A stretch of DNA of 40,968 nt from positions 1 to 40,968 of the forward strand of contig JBIIUP010000003.1 in the NCBI GenBank assembly GCA_044339885.1. Direction: 5' to 3'. How positions within the stretch are numbered: position 1 is the first letter of the stretch; each line of letters begins with the position of its first letter. Below the pieces are notes generated by a model. That model worked only from the letters and a program-made list of their open reading frames with translations. It searched no databases and was not told where the DNA came from. The stretch comes from Pirellulales bacterium (GTDB lineage Bacteria > Planctomycetota > Planctomycetia > Pirellulales > UBA1268). A program made the translations under genes and the position numbers. Below, piece by piece: positions 27,019 to 36,600 of the stretch.

Positions 27019-28256
27019 TCGCCCCGATGCACCTCTGGGCCCTGGCGACGGCGGCCGCCGTCGCGGCCGCGTGCGGGCTGGTCGGCACGCTGCTGGTCGT
27101 GCGGCGGATGAGCCTGCTGGGCGACGCGATCGGCCACGCCGTCCTGCCGGGCATCGCGGTGGCCGTGCTCGCCGGCGGCCGCCCCGGCGGCCTCCTGGTG
27201 TTCGCCGCAGCGACGGCCACGGCCCTCCTCACCGTCTGGCTCACGCGGTTCCTGCGGACGGCCGTCGGCCTGAGCGAGGACGCCGGGGCAGGGGTCGTGT
27301 TCACGGCCCTGTTCGCGGCCGGCGTGGTGATCGTGTCGACGGCCGGCGCGCGGATGCACCTCGATCCCGACTGCGTGCTCTACGGCATTCTCGAGTTCGT
27401 GCCCTTCGACACGGTGGTCGTCGCCGGCAGCGCGGTGCCGCGCGGCTTCCTCGCGGCGGCTGCGGTGCTCGCGGTGGTCGGCTGCGGGCTGGCCGCCACC
27501 TGGAAGCTCCAGGCGTTCGCCGCCTTCGACGCGGAGGCGGCGCGGGCGGCCGGCGTGCCGGTGGCGGCAGTCACCGGCGGCCTGCTCGCGGCGACGGCAC
27601 TGGCCACCGTCGCGGGGTTCGAGGTCGTGGGGGCGGTGCTCGTGGTGGCCCTGCTCGTGGTGCCCGCCGCCGCCGCGGAACTCCTCTTCCACCGCCTGCA
27701 CCACGTCGCGCTGGCCGCGGTCGTCATCGCCGTCGTCGGCGCGTGCCTGGGCTACCTCGCGGCCTGGCGGTGGAACACCAACGCCGCCGGCATGATCGCG
27801 GTCGTCCTCGGGCTGGAATACCTCGCCGCGGTCGTGCTGGCGCCGGGCGATGGCCTGCTCGCCCGGGCGGCCTCGCGGCTGCGGTACGCCTGGCGGGTGG
27901 CGAGCGAGGACCGGCTGGCCGCGGTCTGGCGGGCGGGGGAGCAGGGGCAGGCGGTGCCACCGCCGCGGACGGCGCTGGAGCGGGTGGCCGCGGTCTGGCT
28001 GGCGGTCACGCGCCGCGTGGTCGGCGGAACGACCCTCTCGCCCGTGGGCCGGCGCGAGGCGGAGATGGTGGTGCGGTCGCACCGCCTCTGGGAGGCGTGG
28101 CTGGGCCGGCACGCCGACCTGCCCCTCGATCACCTGCATCCGCCGGCCGAATGGGTGGAGCACCATCTCGGCGCGGCGATGCGGCGGCGGATCGAGGCGG
28201 AGGTGGGACGCGTCGACGGCGACCCCCACGGCCGCGAGATTCCGCCCGAGGCGTGA
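27015..28256 (+). CDS. troD: Metal ABC permease (ABC-3, TroD type) fused to a DtxR/MntR metal-binding/dimerisation domain
   Basis: RRMSLLGDAIGHAVLPGI, HLDPDCVLYG; tail SEDRL...GRREAEMVVRSHRLWEAWL...HLHPPAEWVEHHL...DPHGREIP. ATGA overlap with troC. Confidence 0.9.
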   Translation: MIAPMHLWALATAAAVAAACGLVGTLLVVRRMSLLGDAIGHAVLPGIAVAVLAGGRPGGLLVFAAATATALLTVWLTRFLRTAVGLSEDAGAGVVFTALFAAGVVIVSTAGARMHLDPDCVLYGILEFVPFDTVVVAGSAVPRGFLAAAAVLAVVGCGLAATWKLQAFAAFDAEAARAAGVPVAAVTGGLLAATALATVAGFEVVGAVLVVALLVVPAAAAELLFHRLHHVALAAVVIAVVGACLGYLAAWRWNTNAAGMIAVVLGLEYLAAVVLAPGDGLLARAASRLRYAWRVASEDRLAAVWRAGEQGQAVPPPRTALERVAAVWLAVTRRVVGGTTLSPVGRREAEMVVRSHRLWEAWLGRHADLPLDHLHPPAEWVEHHLGAAMRRRIEAEVGRVDGDPHGREIPPEA

Positions 28257-28297
28257 GCCGCGTCGGACGGATCACGCACGACCCGCAGTGTTCGGTC

Positions 28298-28553
28298 GGC
28301 TCGGGGCTGCCCGTGCCCTGTCGCCGGACGTTCGCTCCGCCCATCCCGGCAGTCCTGTTCGGCACGGCGGATGTGGGGCAGGTCGAGCGGCGTCGCGCGA
28401 GGCTCGGGGCTGCCCGTGCCCTGTCGCCGGACGCTCGCTCCGCCCATCCTGGCAGTCCTGTTCGGCACGGCGGATGCGGGGCAGGTCGAGCGGCGTCGCG
28501 CGAGGCTCGGGGCTGCCCGTGCCCTGTCGCCGGACGTTCGCTCCGCCCATCCT
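28298..28553. repeat. About 2.5 tandem copies of a 103-bp unit starting with the GGGGCTGCCCGTGCCC arm
   Basis: Units start at 28298, 28401 and 28504 and differ by only a few substitutions. Confidence 0.95.
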
Positions 28554-28726
28554 GGGCTGCGCTCACTCCGTGCTGGCTGCGCTTCGGCATCCTGCCTGCG
28601 CTTGCCAGCAAGGCCGGCTCCCGGGCACGGGCAGCCCCTTGCGAGGCCGCATTTCCCGCTCTGCCCATCCCCGTGCTGCGCTCAGTCCGTGCTGGCTGCG
28701 CTTGCCTGCAATGCCGGCTCCCGGGC
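28509..28726. repeat. Family-1 element (130 bp, 28509-28638) followed by an internally deleted partial copy
   Basis: 16-bp inverted repeat GGGGCTGCCCGTGCCC / GGGCACGGGCAGCCCC. The interior matches 5519-5628; a partial copy lies at ~28656-28726. Confidence 0.85.
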
Positions 28727-28735
28727 GCGGGACGG

Positions 28736-29635
28736 TCACGGCGCGGCGAACCGTCGCAGGCGGGCGAGATTCGCGCGGTCGTTCCGCGGCGAGGGCTTGC
28801 CGTCGGGGCCTTCCTTCGGAGTCTCCAGCACGATCGGGACGCCCGCCAGCTTCGGGTGCCGCATGACGAGCCGGAAGGCCTCGGGGCCGATGCAGCCCCG
28901 GCCGATCGCCTCGTGCCGGTCGACACGCGAACCGAGTTCGCGCTTCGAGTCGTTGGCGTGGATGAGCTTCAGCCGGCGGAGGCCGATCGACCGGTCGAAC
29001 CGGCGAAGCGTGTCGTCGAGCGCCGCGCGGGGCGCCAGGGCATAGCCCGCGGCGAACACGTGGCAGGTGTCGAGGCACACGCCCACCCGCTTCCGCAGGC
29101 CCGGGACGGCGTCGATCCTCGCGAGCATCTCGCCGATCTCCTCGAATCTCGCCCCCAGGCACGAGCCCTGGCCGGCGGTGGTCTCGATGAGGATTCCGGC
29201 CGCCAGCGACTTCGTGCGGGCCAGCGCCCGGGCGATCCCGTCCGCCGCCCGCGCGACCGCCTTGGCCACCGGCTGCGCGCCCGCCGCGCCGGGATGCGCG
29301 ACCACCCAGGGGATGCCCAGGGCGTCGGCGCGGCGGAGCTCCTCGACGAGCCCGTCGATCGACCGCCGGCGCAGGGCGGTGTCGGCCGCGGCGGGGTTGA
29401 TGAGGTAGGAGTCGTGGGCGACGACGATCGCCAGGCCCGCGTCGCTGACGGCGGCGCGGAAGGCGGCGACCTCGGCGGCGTCGAGCGGCGCCGCCTGCCA
29501 CTGGTTGATGTTCCGCGTGAAGATCTGCAGGCACTCGCAGCCCGTCTCGACCGCGCGGTCCACGGCCCTGGTGAAGCCGCCGGCGATCGACTGGTGGGCG
29601 CCGAGCGGGGTGTGCGGCCGGGATCGGGAGGGCAT
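28736..29635 (-). CDS. nfo: Endonuclease IV (AP endonuclease)
   Basis: GAHQSIAGG, QIFTRN, HDSYLIN, ETTAGQG, DTCHVFAAG, HANDSK, DRHE, LETP. Confidence 0.95.
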   Translation of the reverse strand: MPSRSRPHTPLGAHQSIAGGFTRAVDRAVETGCECLQIFTRNINQWQAAPLDAAEVAAFRAAVSDAGLAIVVAHDSYLINPAAADTALRRRSIDGLVEELRRADALGIPWVVAHPGAAGAQPVAKAVARAADGIARALARTKSLAAGILIETTAGQGSCLGARFEEIGEMLARIDAVPGLRKRVGVCLDTCHVFAAGYALAPRAALDDTLRRFDRSIGLRRLKLIHANDSKRELGSRVDRHEAIGRGCIGPEAFRLVMRHPKLAGVPIVLETPKEGPDGKPSPRNDRANLARLRRFAAP

Positions 29636-29823
29636 GAAACGACGTGCTCAATGGACGGCGAAGCGGCGGCAGTGTCCCACGCCCCGCGGCCGGAGGGAAG
29701 CCGCGGCCAGGGCCGGCCGAGCCGTCGTCGGGGCCGGAGGCGGCCCGGTGTTTTGCCGCATCGGGCCGCCCGCGTAGACTGTTCGACGTTGGCTGGGTGT
29801 CCCGACCCGAACGGAGTTCGTCC

Positions 29824-30324
29824 GTGTCCACGATCGTCTCTGCAGCCCTGGCCGCGGGCATCGCGGTGCTGGCCGGCATCGCCCTGGCGCTGGCCCTGCG
29901 GCCGGCGCGTGCCGCGCGAAGGGTTCAGGCGCTGGCGCGGGCGCAGCGAGACTTCCACCGCCAGCGGGAGCCGCTCGAGGCCCGCTTCATCCAGCGGGCG
30001 GCCGCACGCGGCAAGCCCCGGGGGCTCCGCTGGGTCGACATCGACTTCGACGACGACGTGGTCTACGCCCTCGACCGCAAGGAGCGCCGGCTCAAGGCGC
30101 TGGTGGCGGTGGAGGTGCAGTTCGAGGCCGTCGAGGGGGGCGGCATGGAGGACAACGAGAACGTCGCCAACGCGAAGGCCGGCACGGCCGAGTTCATGCA
30201 CGACGGCACGCGGTGGATCACCGACGGGAAGGTCTATTTCAACCTCGCCCCGTCGGCGACGGTCAGGTTCCACGCGCCCGACATGGAGGCCGTGGCCGAG
30301 GTGCAGGCCGTCGGCAGGGCGTAG
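29824..30324 (+). CDS. Hypothetical single-pass membrane protein
   Basis: N-terminal TM helix and clean codon usage; TTGCCG-N16-TAGACT promoter-like motif at 29753-29780; GGAG before the GTG. Confidence 0.75.
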   Translation: MSTIVSAALAAGIAVLAGIALALALRPARAARRVQALARAQRDFHRQREPLEARFIQRAAARGKPRGLRWVDIDFDDDVVYALDRKERRLKALVAVEVQFEAVEGGGMEDNENVANAKAGTAEFMHDGTRWITDGKVYFNLAPSATVRFHAPDMEAVAEVQAVGRA

Positions 30325-30423
30325 CGGGCGTCACCCACCGCCGTCTTGGCAGGGGGCCCGGCAACCGGCGTCGAGTTTGTCGGTTGCGCCGGTCCGCGGC
30401 GGGCCGGCGCGGGTCCGGCGTCG

Positions 30424-32232
30424 ATGAATCCCCGGGGGTGCGCGGGGCCATCGGGGGCAGGACACGTGGTTCGCCGTGGGACGTTCCGGCTGGTGATCGC
30501 GGCCTGGGCCTGCGCGGTCGCGGGTGTCGCCGCGGCCGCCGAGCCGGTCCGGCGGGCCGCACTGGCCCTGCCGCCTGCGGCCCGCGAGGAACCCCAGGCG
30601 GCGGCGCGGCGGCACCTCTCCCAGGCCCGGGAGTACCTCGACGCATCCTCCGCCCTGGCGAAGGAGCGGCACCGGCATGCGGTCGACGGCTTCTACCTGG
30701 CCTGCGAGGAGGCCTGGAAGGCAGTCTGGACCGCGCCCGAGGCGGCCGACATCCTCTGCGAAGCGGCCGATCTCTATGCGCACGCGCTGGCGGGCCTGCT
30801 GGAGAGCGCGCGTTTCCACGGCCGCACCGCCCCCGGCGGGCTGTGGATCGGCCCCCCGTCCAAGCCGATCTTCGTTCCCTTCCAGCCCCGGGGCCTCCCG
30901 GTCGGGACCGAAGGCATCGCCTCGCTCGAGCCGCAGTCGCAGGCCGACGATCAGCGGATCACGCGGCGGTTCGTCCGCTGCGGCTTCGGGCTGCCGGTGG
31001 TCGTGCGGGTGAAGACCCCGCGGGGCGACCCTTTCGCTCCGGATCGGCAGTCGCTGGCCGCCACGGCGGTGCTGCGGTTCAGCATGCCCGGCGACGAGAA
31101 CGTGCTCGAGCGGTTCACCGGCCCGGTGGCTCAGGACCACGCCCCCGCCGTGCTCGACCTGGCGAATCCGGTGGAGATCGCCGCCGTGCGAATCGGGTCG
31201 GCACGGCCGCACCTCGCAGCCGACCTCACCGCGCCGCTGCTGGACATGCTCGAGGGCATGCCGCGGTCGGGCATCGAGGGGTTCATCCAGCCCTTCGGCC
31301 AGGGCGACACGCGGCCGCGGCTGGAGTTCCTCCAGCCGCACCAGCCGGGCCGAATCCCGGTGGTCTTCATCCACGGCCTGGCCAGCGACGAGGGCACCTG
31401 GTTCGACCTCGTCAACGAGCTGCGATCCTGGCCGGAGTTCCACCGCCGCTTCGAGCCCTGGGTCTTCCACTATCCCACGGGGGCCGCCTTCCTCCAGTCG
31501 TCGGCCCGACTCCGGCAGGAGCTCGCGCAGGCCATCCGCTCGCTCGATCCCCGGGGGCGGGATCCGGCGCTCCGGCAGATCGTGCTCGTCGGCCACAGCA
31601 TGGGCGGCCTCCACGCCAAGATGCAGGTGATCGACCCGGGCACGGCCATCTGGGACACGATGGCGGTCGTCCCGTTCGAGCAGATCAGGCTGCGGCCGCA
31701 GACGCGGGTCCAGGTGAGGCCCGCCTACTTCTTCGAGCCCGCGCCGTTCGTGACCCGGATCGTCTGCATCGCCACGCCGCACCGCGGTTCGATCCTGGCA
31801 TCGTTGGGGGTGGGGCGGCTGGCCTCGCTCACCGTCCGCACGCCTCCGGAGGCCCAGGCGGTCCACGACGAGGCGGTGCGCCTCAATCCCGGCGCGTTCC
31901 GCCCCGACTTCGAGCGCAAGGTGCCCACGACGATCGATCTCCTCGAGCCGTCGTCGCTGCTGCTGCAGGCGCTGGAGAACCAGCGGCCGGCCTGCTGGGT
32001 GACCGTGCACTCGATCGTGGGGGACGGACACCACTCACTGACCGGCGGACGGGACGACTGCGTCGTGGCGGTGGAGAGCGCCCGCACGGCAGGGGCGGTG
32101 AGCGAGATCATGGTCCCGGCCACGCACACGAAGGTGCATCACCACCCGCTCGCGGTCGCCGAACTGCGACGGATCCTCGAGCAGCACGGCGCGGAGACGG
32201 GGCTGGCGGCCGCCGCGGTCGCCGCGCGGTAG
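30424..32232 (+). CDS. Exported alpha/beta hydrolase (lipase/esterase-like); start uncertain
   Basis: PVVFIHGLAS, VGHSMGG nucleophile elbow, ATPHRGS, DDCVV, terminal HT; signal-like hydrophobic segment. Confidence 0.88.
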   Translation: MNPRGCAGPSGAGHVVRRGTFRLVIAAWACAVAGVAAAAEPVRRAALALPPAAREEPQAAARRHLSQAREYLDASSALAKERHRHAVDGFYLACEEAWKAVWTAPEAADILCEAADLYAHALAGLLESARFHGRTAPGGLWIGPPSKPIFVPFQPRGLPVGTEGIASLEPQSQADDQRITRRFVRCGFGLPVVVRVKTPRGDPFAPDRQSLAATAVLRFSMPGDENVLERFTGPVAQDHAPAVLDLANPVEIAAVRIGSARPHLAADLTAPLLDMLEGMPRSGIEGFIQPFGQGDTRPRLEFLQPHQPGRIPVVFIHGLASDEGTWFDLVNELRSWPEFHRRFEPWVFHYPTGAAFLQSSARLRQELAQAIRSLDPRGRDPALRQIVLVGHSMGGLHAKMQVIDPGTAIWDTMAVVPFEQIRLRPQTRVQVRPAYFFEPAPFVTRIVCIATPHRGSILASLGVGRLASLTVRTPPEAQAVHDEAVRLNPGAFRPDFERKVPTTIDLLEPSSLLLQALENQRPACWVTVHSIVGDGHHSLTGGRDDCVVAVESARTAGAVSEIMVPATHTKVHHHPLAVAELRRILEQHGAETGLAAAAVAAR

Positions 32233-32290
32233 CCCGTGCCGCGCGGCGGCGTAGACGGGTTCCACATGATGCGCAGGCGTCGCGGGGGCC

Positions 32291-32328
32291 GGGGCTACCC
32301 GTGCCGGCTCGCCGGCACGGGCAACCCC
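32291..32328. repeat. Minimal Family-1 hairpin (arms only)
   Basis: GGGGCTACCCGTGCCGGC-tc-GCCGGCACGGGCAACCCC between convergent genes. Confidence 0.75.
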
Positions 32329-32383
32329 TCGCACACTCGATGGTGTGGGCTCTTGGATGCGTGAGGATCGAACATGATCCGTG

Positions 32384-33421
32384 TTACTGAGCCGCGATCG
32401 CGGCGATCTGGCCGTCGGCGATCGATCCCAGGAGCGGGAACACGGCCGTGGCGGTGCCGGCTTCGATCGTGTCGGCGACGAAGTGCACTGAGCCGTCGGC
32501 CATGGCGAAGAACGCCCCGCCGCGGTGCTCGCTCCCCGGTGACTCGAAGAAGCCGTTGTTGAGGCCCCCCGGGTTGCCGGCACCCGGATCGGTCGCCGTG
32601 GTGAAGAGCGTGGCGACACCGCCGAGGGCCCAGCCGTCCTGGCTCGTGCGGTGGTCGGTCTCGGCCGGCGCCGACCCGCCTTCCCGCGGCCGCAGCCGCT
32701 GGAGTTCACCGACGAGGATCGTGTTGGAGAGGCCGTCGCTGATCGCCGCGGCCGGCAGGCCCTCGTTCGGCTGGAACGCACCGCCGGTGGTCCGCGCGGT
32801 GGCGGCGTCGCCGCGGTGGGCGAAGCGGTGGTCCTCGGCGACCCCGTTCTCGAACCCGTCGAGCCGGCCGTGGCAGCCGCCGTAGTCGGTGCCGCCGCCG
32901 CGCCACGTCGGATCGACGAGGTTCAGCGGGTCGCCGTACCCCAAGCGGATTCCGCCCCGGCGGCTGGGGCAGTAGAGCGTGGGCATGTCGGTCTGGGCCG
33001 TCGCGGCGTTGCCGCGAACGTTGGTGTCGCGGTTCCAGAGCGTCTGGATCGAGGCCGCCTCCAGATGCGGCATGATCTCGAGCATCCAGCTCGTGCCGTG
33101 CTTCGCGCCGGGGTTGAAGCCGGGCGGCAGGCGGGCCTCGGCCCACGGGTTCCAGCAGCCGCTGCAGGCGACGGTGTCCGTGCCCTCGGAGACGCGGGTC
33201 GATGCCGGCAGCCGCCCCTGGGTCGACTCGTACGTCAGCACGGCGGTGGCGAGCTGGCGAAGGTTGTTTCCGCAGTGCGAGCGACGGGCCGACTCGCGGG
33301 CCGCCTGGACCGCCGGCAGCAGGAGACCGATGAGAACCGCGATGATGGTGATCACGACGAGCAGTTCCACGAGGCTGAAGCCGGCCCGTCCGGACCGGCC
33401 GATCGCAACGGGATGAACCAT
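32384..33421 (-). CDS. DUF1559 prepilin-type N-terminal cleavage/methylation protein with H-X9-DG motif
   Basis: G|FSLVELLVVITIIAVLIGLLLPAVQAARESARR, CGNNLRQL, YCPS, ISDGLSNTILVGE, HRGGAFFAMADGSVH. Confidence 0.95.
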   Translation of the reverse strand: MVHPVAIGRSGRAGFSLVELLVVITIIAVLIGLLLPAVQAARESARRSHCGNNLRQLATAVLTYESTQGRLPASTRVSEGTDTVACSGCWNPWAEARLPPGFNPGAKHGTSWMLEIMPHLEAASIQTLWNRDTNVRGNAATAQTDMPTLYCPSRRGGIRLGYGDPLNLVDPTWRGGGTDYGGCHGRLDGFENGVAEDHRFAHRGDAATARTTGGAFQPNEGLPAAAISDGLSNTILVGELQRLRPREGGSAPAETDHRTSQDGWALGGVATLFTTATDPGAGNPGGLNNGFFESPGSEHRGGAFFAMADGSVHFVADTIEAGTATAVFPLLGSIADGQIAAIAAQ

Positions 33422-33618
33422 GGGCAGGGAACGAACCTCGGACCCGTGGGGGTCCTTCGGCCGATCGACTCCGTGGGTAATGCGCCGGAAGCCGGCCGGG
33501 GAGGCCGACTCTCGCCGGGGGCGGCGAACCGACGACGTGGTGGGGCGGGATCGAAGGTCGACGAATCCTGTCGATCCATCCTCCGGCATCGGGTGACGCC
33601 GGCCTTCGACTGGATGAG

Positions 33619-33662
33619 ACTATGACGAGACCGCGTGAGGATTTCGCGAGGCCGCCGTGAGA
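33619..33662 (-). promoter_or_regulatory. 11-bp-phased CTCAC/CTCGC direct repeats plus a CATAGT -10-like box upstream of DUF1559
   Basis: Minus strand: TCTCACGGCGG CCTCGCGAAAT CCTCAC-gcggtctcgt-CATAGT. Confidence 0.5.
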
Positions 33663-36600
33663 TTCTCGTGCTTTTTCGCAGTGCCGTGGCGGCCCCGGCG
33701 GCGGCCCGCCCAGCCCGCGAGCGCGAGGCCCAGGCCGGCGAGCAGCACCGCGTGCGGCTCGGGGACGGCGGCGTAGACGAGGTACAGCCCGCGATCGTCG
33801 CCGCCGTCGAAGCTCGTCGCCCCGCCGCGGGCCACCGTGAAGGCGGCACCGTCGAACCCGGTCGTGATGATCCTGAACCAGGTCGGGTCGAAGGAGGAGA
33901 TCGCCGCGTTGGCCACGAGGAACCGCCACCGGTAGTCGGCGTTGGGATCGAATCCGGCGGCCGTCCCCGAGAGGTTGATCATGTCGATCGTGAACTGGCC
34001 GGCGGGGTCGCCCGACAGGCCGGACAGCGTGAAGCCGTCGGTCACGGTCACGAGATCCCAGCTGCTGCCCGGGCTCCCCGCGGCATTCGTGAGCTCGAAC
34101 TGGTAGACGCCGCCGGTGCCGAACGTGAGGGTCTCGACGGTCAACGCCCCGACGCTGGCCCCGGGGGCGATCGTCGCCCCGCCGGCGACGACGAGATCGG
34201 CCCCCGCAACGGTGCCGTTACCGCCGAGCGTCTGCGAGCCGCCGAGGAAGTACGAGGCGGCGAGGAAGTCCAGCGTCGCCCCGGCGTCGACCTGGATCAG
34301 GTCGCTGGCGAGCGTCGCCGAGCTTCCGATCGCGAGCCGGCCGGCCGCCACCTGCGTGTCGCCGACGAAGTCGGTGATGCCGGTGAGCGTGAGCAGGCCG
34401 GCACCGGTCTTGCGGAGGCCGCCGGCTCCGGTGACCACGCTTGAGACGGCGAGGCCCGCGGCACCCGTGCCCGCGCCGACGTCGAACGTCTTCATGCCGG
34501 CGGCGAGGCTCACCGTGCCGCCGGCGATCGTGGCCGTCTGGCCGGCCGTCGCCGTCGAGCGGATCGTGCCGGAGACCGTGATCGCCTGCGAGGCAGCGAT
34601 GTTGACGGCGCCTGAGTTCTGGAGGAGCAGCTCCCGGCCGGAGTTGACGGTGAAGCCACGGGCGCCGTTGGCCACGGTGCCGAGCGTACCGCCGACGATC
34701 ACGTTCCGCTGGAAGTCGGCCGCGCCGCTGAACGTCGAGAAGTTGAGGGCGACGTTGTCGCCGACGGTGAGGTCTCCCGCCACCGTCCATGGGTTGGAGC
34801 CTGCCGACAGGGTCGTCGTGCGCGCGGCACCGCTGCTGTCGAACACGACGTTCATGGCGTACGTCCGTCCGCTGACGGAGGGATTCTCGCTGAAATCCCG
34901 GAACACGAACGTGCTGCCGGCGGCCCACGTCACGTCCGCGTCGAAGAGCAGGTTGGCCGTGCCGGCGGCTCCGCCCTGCTGGATGACGACGCCCGTCGGG
35001 CCGACGGCCACCGAACCGGATGGTGCGGTGTAGGCAACCGTGGCGGTGCTCCGCAGCGTGCCGTCGACGTTGATTCGTCCGCCGGTGGAGCCGAGCTGGC
35101 TTGCGGTCGTGGTCACGGTCTGGCCGGCGGCGATGCCGAGCGTTCCCGACGTGATCGCCAGCTGCGTGAGCGTGCCACTCGACCCGAGGACGAGCACGCC
35201 GGCTCCGGCCTTCGAGATGCCGCCCGATCCGTAGCCGCCGGAGAGCGTCGCAGTCGCGCCGCTGCCGACCGTCACGGTCCGCAGGGCGTTGCCGAAGCCC
35301 ACCGGGCCGGAGAGCTCGAGGGCCCCGGAAGCGGCGTTGCCCAGGCCCCCGTTGTCCGTGAAGGTGACGGCGTTGGCCACGGTCCGCGGCGAGCCGTCGG
35401 CCGAGAGCGTGCCGCCGGCGAGCGTGATCCCGCCGGTGCCGAGGGGGCTGGAACTGCCGACGGCGATCGCCCCGGCGGAGATGGTCGTGGGACCGGTGAA
35501 GGAACCGTTGTTCCCGGATAGCGTCACGGTGCCGGCACCGGACTTCGCCAGGGTGCCGGACCCGACGAGCGTGCCCGAGTAGGTGCCGCTCGTCGCCTGC
35601 GCGAACGTCAGCGACGCATCGTTCGTGATGCCGCCCTGGAGGCTCGTCGTCGTGCCGACGAGCGACCCGCCGGCCACGACCGTGCCGCCGGAGTAGGAGT
35701 TGGCCCCGGAGAGCGTCACGATCCCGCCCGTGACCCGCAGGCCGCCCGAACCGCCGACGGCGTTGGCGAACGTGCCCGTCGAGAAGCCGTCGAAGGCGAG
35801 CGTGGCGCCGCTCGACACGGCCACGGCGGAGCCTGCGGCCAGCGACCCGCCCGCGGCCATCACGAGCGTGCCCGAGGAGACGGTCGTGGGACCCGTGTAG
35901 GTGTTGGCTCCGGCGAGCGACAGGCTCCCGGTGCCGACCTTCTCCAGGCCGCCGGCTCCGGAGATGGTTCCGGCGTAGCTGGTCGACGTGTTCGCCGTGC
36001 CGACGGTGAGCGTGCCCGAATTCGCGACGACGTTGGCCGCTCCCGCAAGCGATCCGAAGGTCTCGCTGCCCGCCAAGGCAAGGCCGGCACCGGCCGAGCC
36101 GTCCACGGCGGGGCCGCCCGCAAGCCGCCCGGCCGAGCCGAGGACGAGCGTGCCGCTGGAAAGCGTGAGGGTGCTTGCGGTCGACCGGCCGTCGAGCCGG
36201 GCGTTGCCCGTGGAGACGATCGCGGCCCCGCCGAGCGTGGCCGTGGCGGCGACGGTGCCGCCGGAGAGCGTGGAGGTGGCCGCGGAGAGCGTGCCCGAGC
36301 CGGCGAGGATGCCGCCCGACATCGAGAACGTGCCGACGGTGTCGGAGAAGTTCGCGAGGTCGAGGCTGCCGCCGGAGACGGCCAGCGCCGCGGTGTCGCC
36401 GAGCAGATTCGCCCCCCCGAGGGCGAGCGAACCCGCCGTCACCGACACGGTTGCCGCGCTCACCGGGCCGGTCAGCGTGGCCGTGCCGGAGCCCTGTTTC
36501 GCGAGCCCGCCGGTGCCGCTGACCGTGCCCAGCGAGATCGCATTGGCTCCCTGGAGCGTGAGGCCGTGGCCGGCGGTGGTGACCGTGCCGGAGACGACGA

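Noticed and set aside
28298-28553. CRISPR-like repeat/spacer array (also 5303-5519)
   Set aside because: The apparent spacers are near-identical within each locus, so these are tandem duplications.
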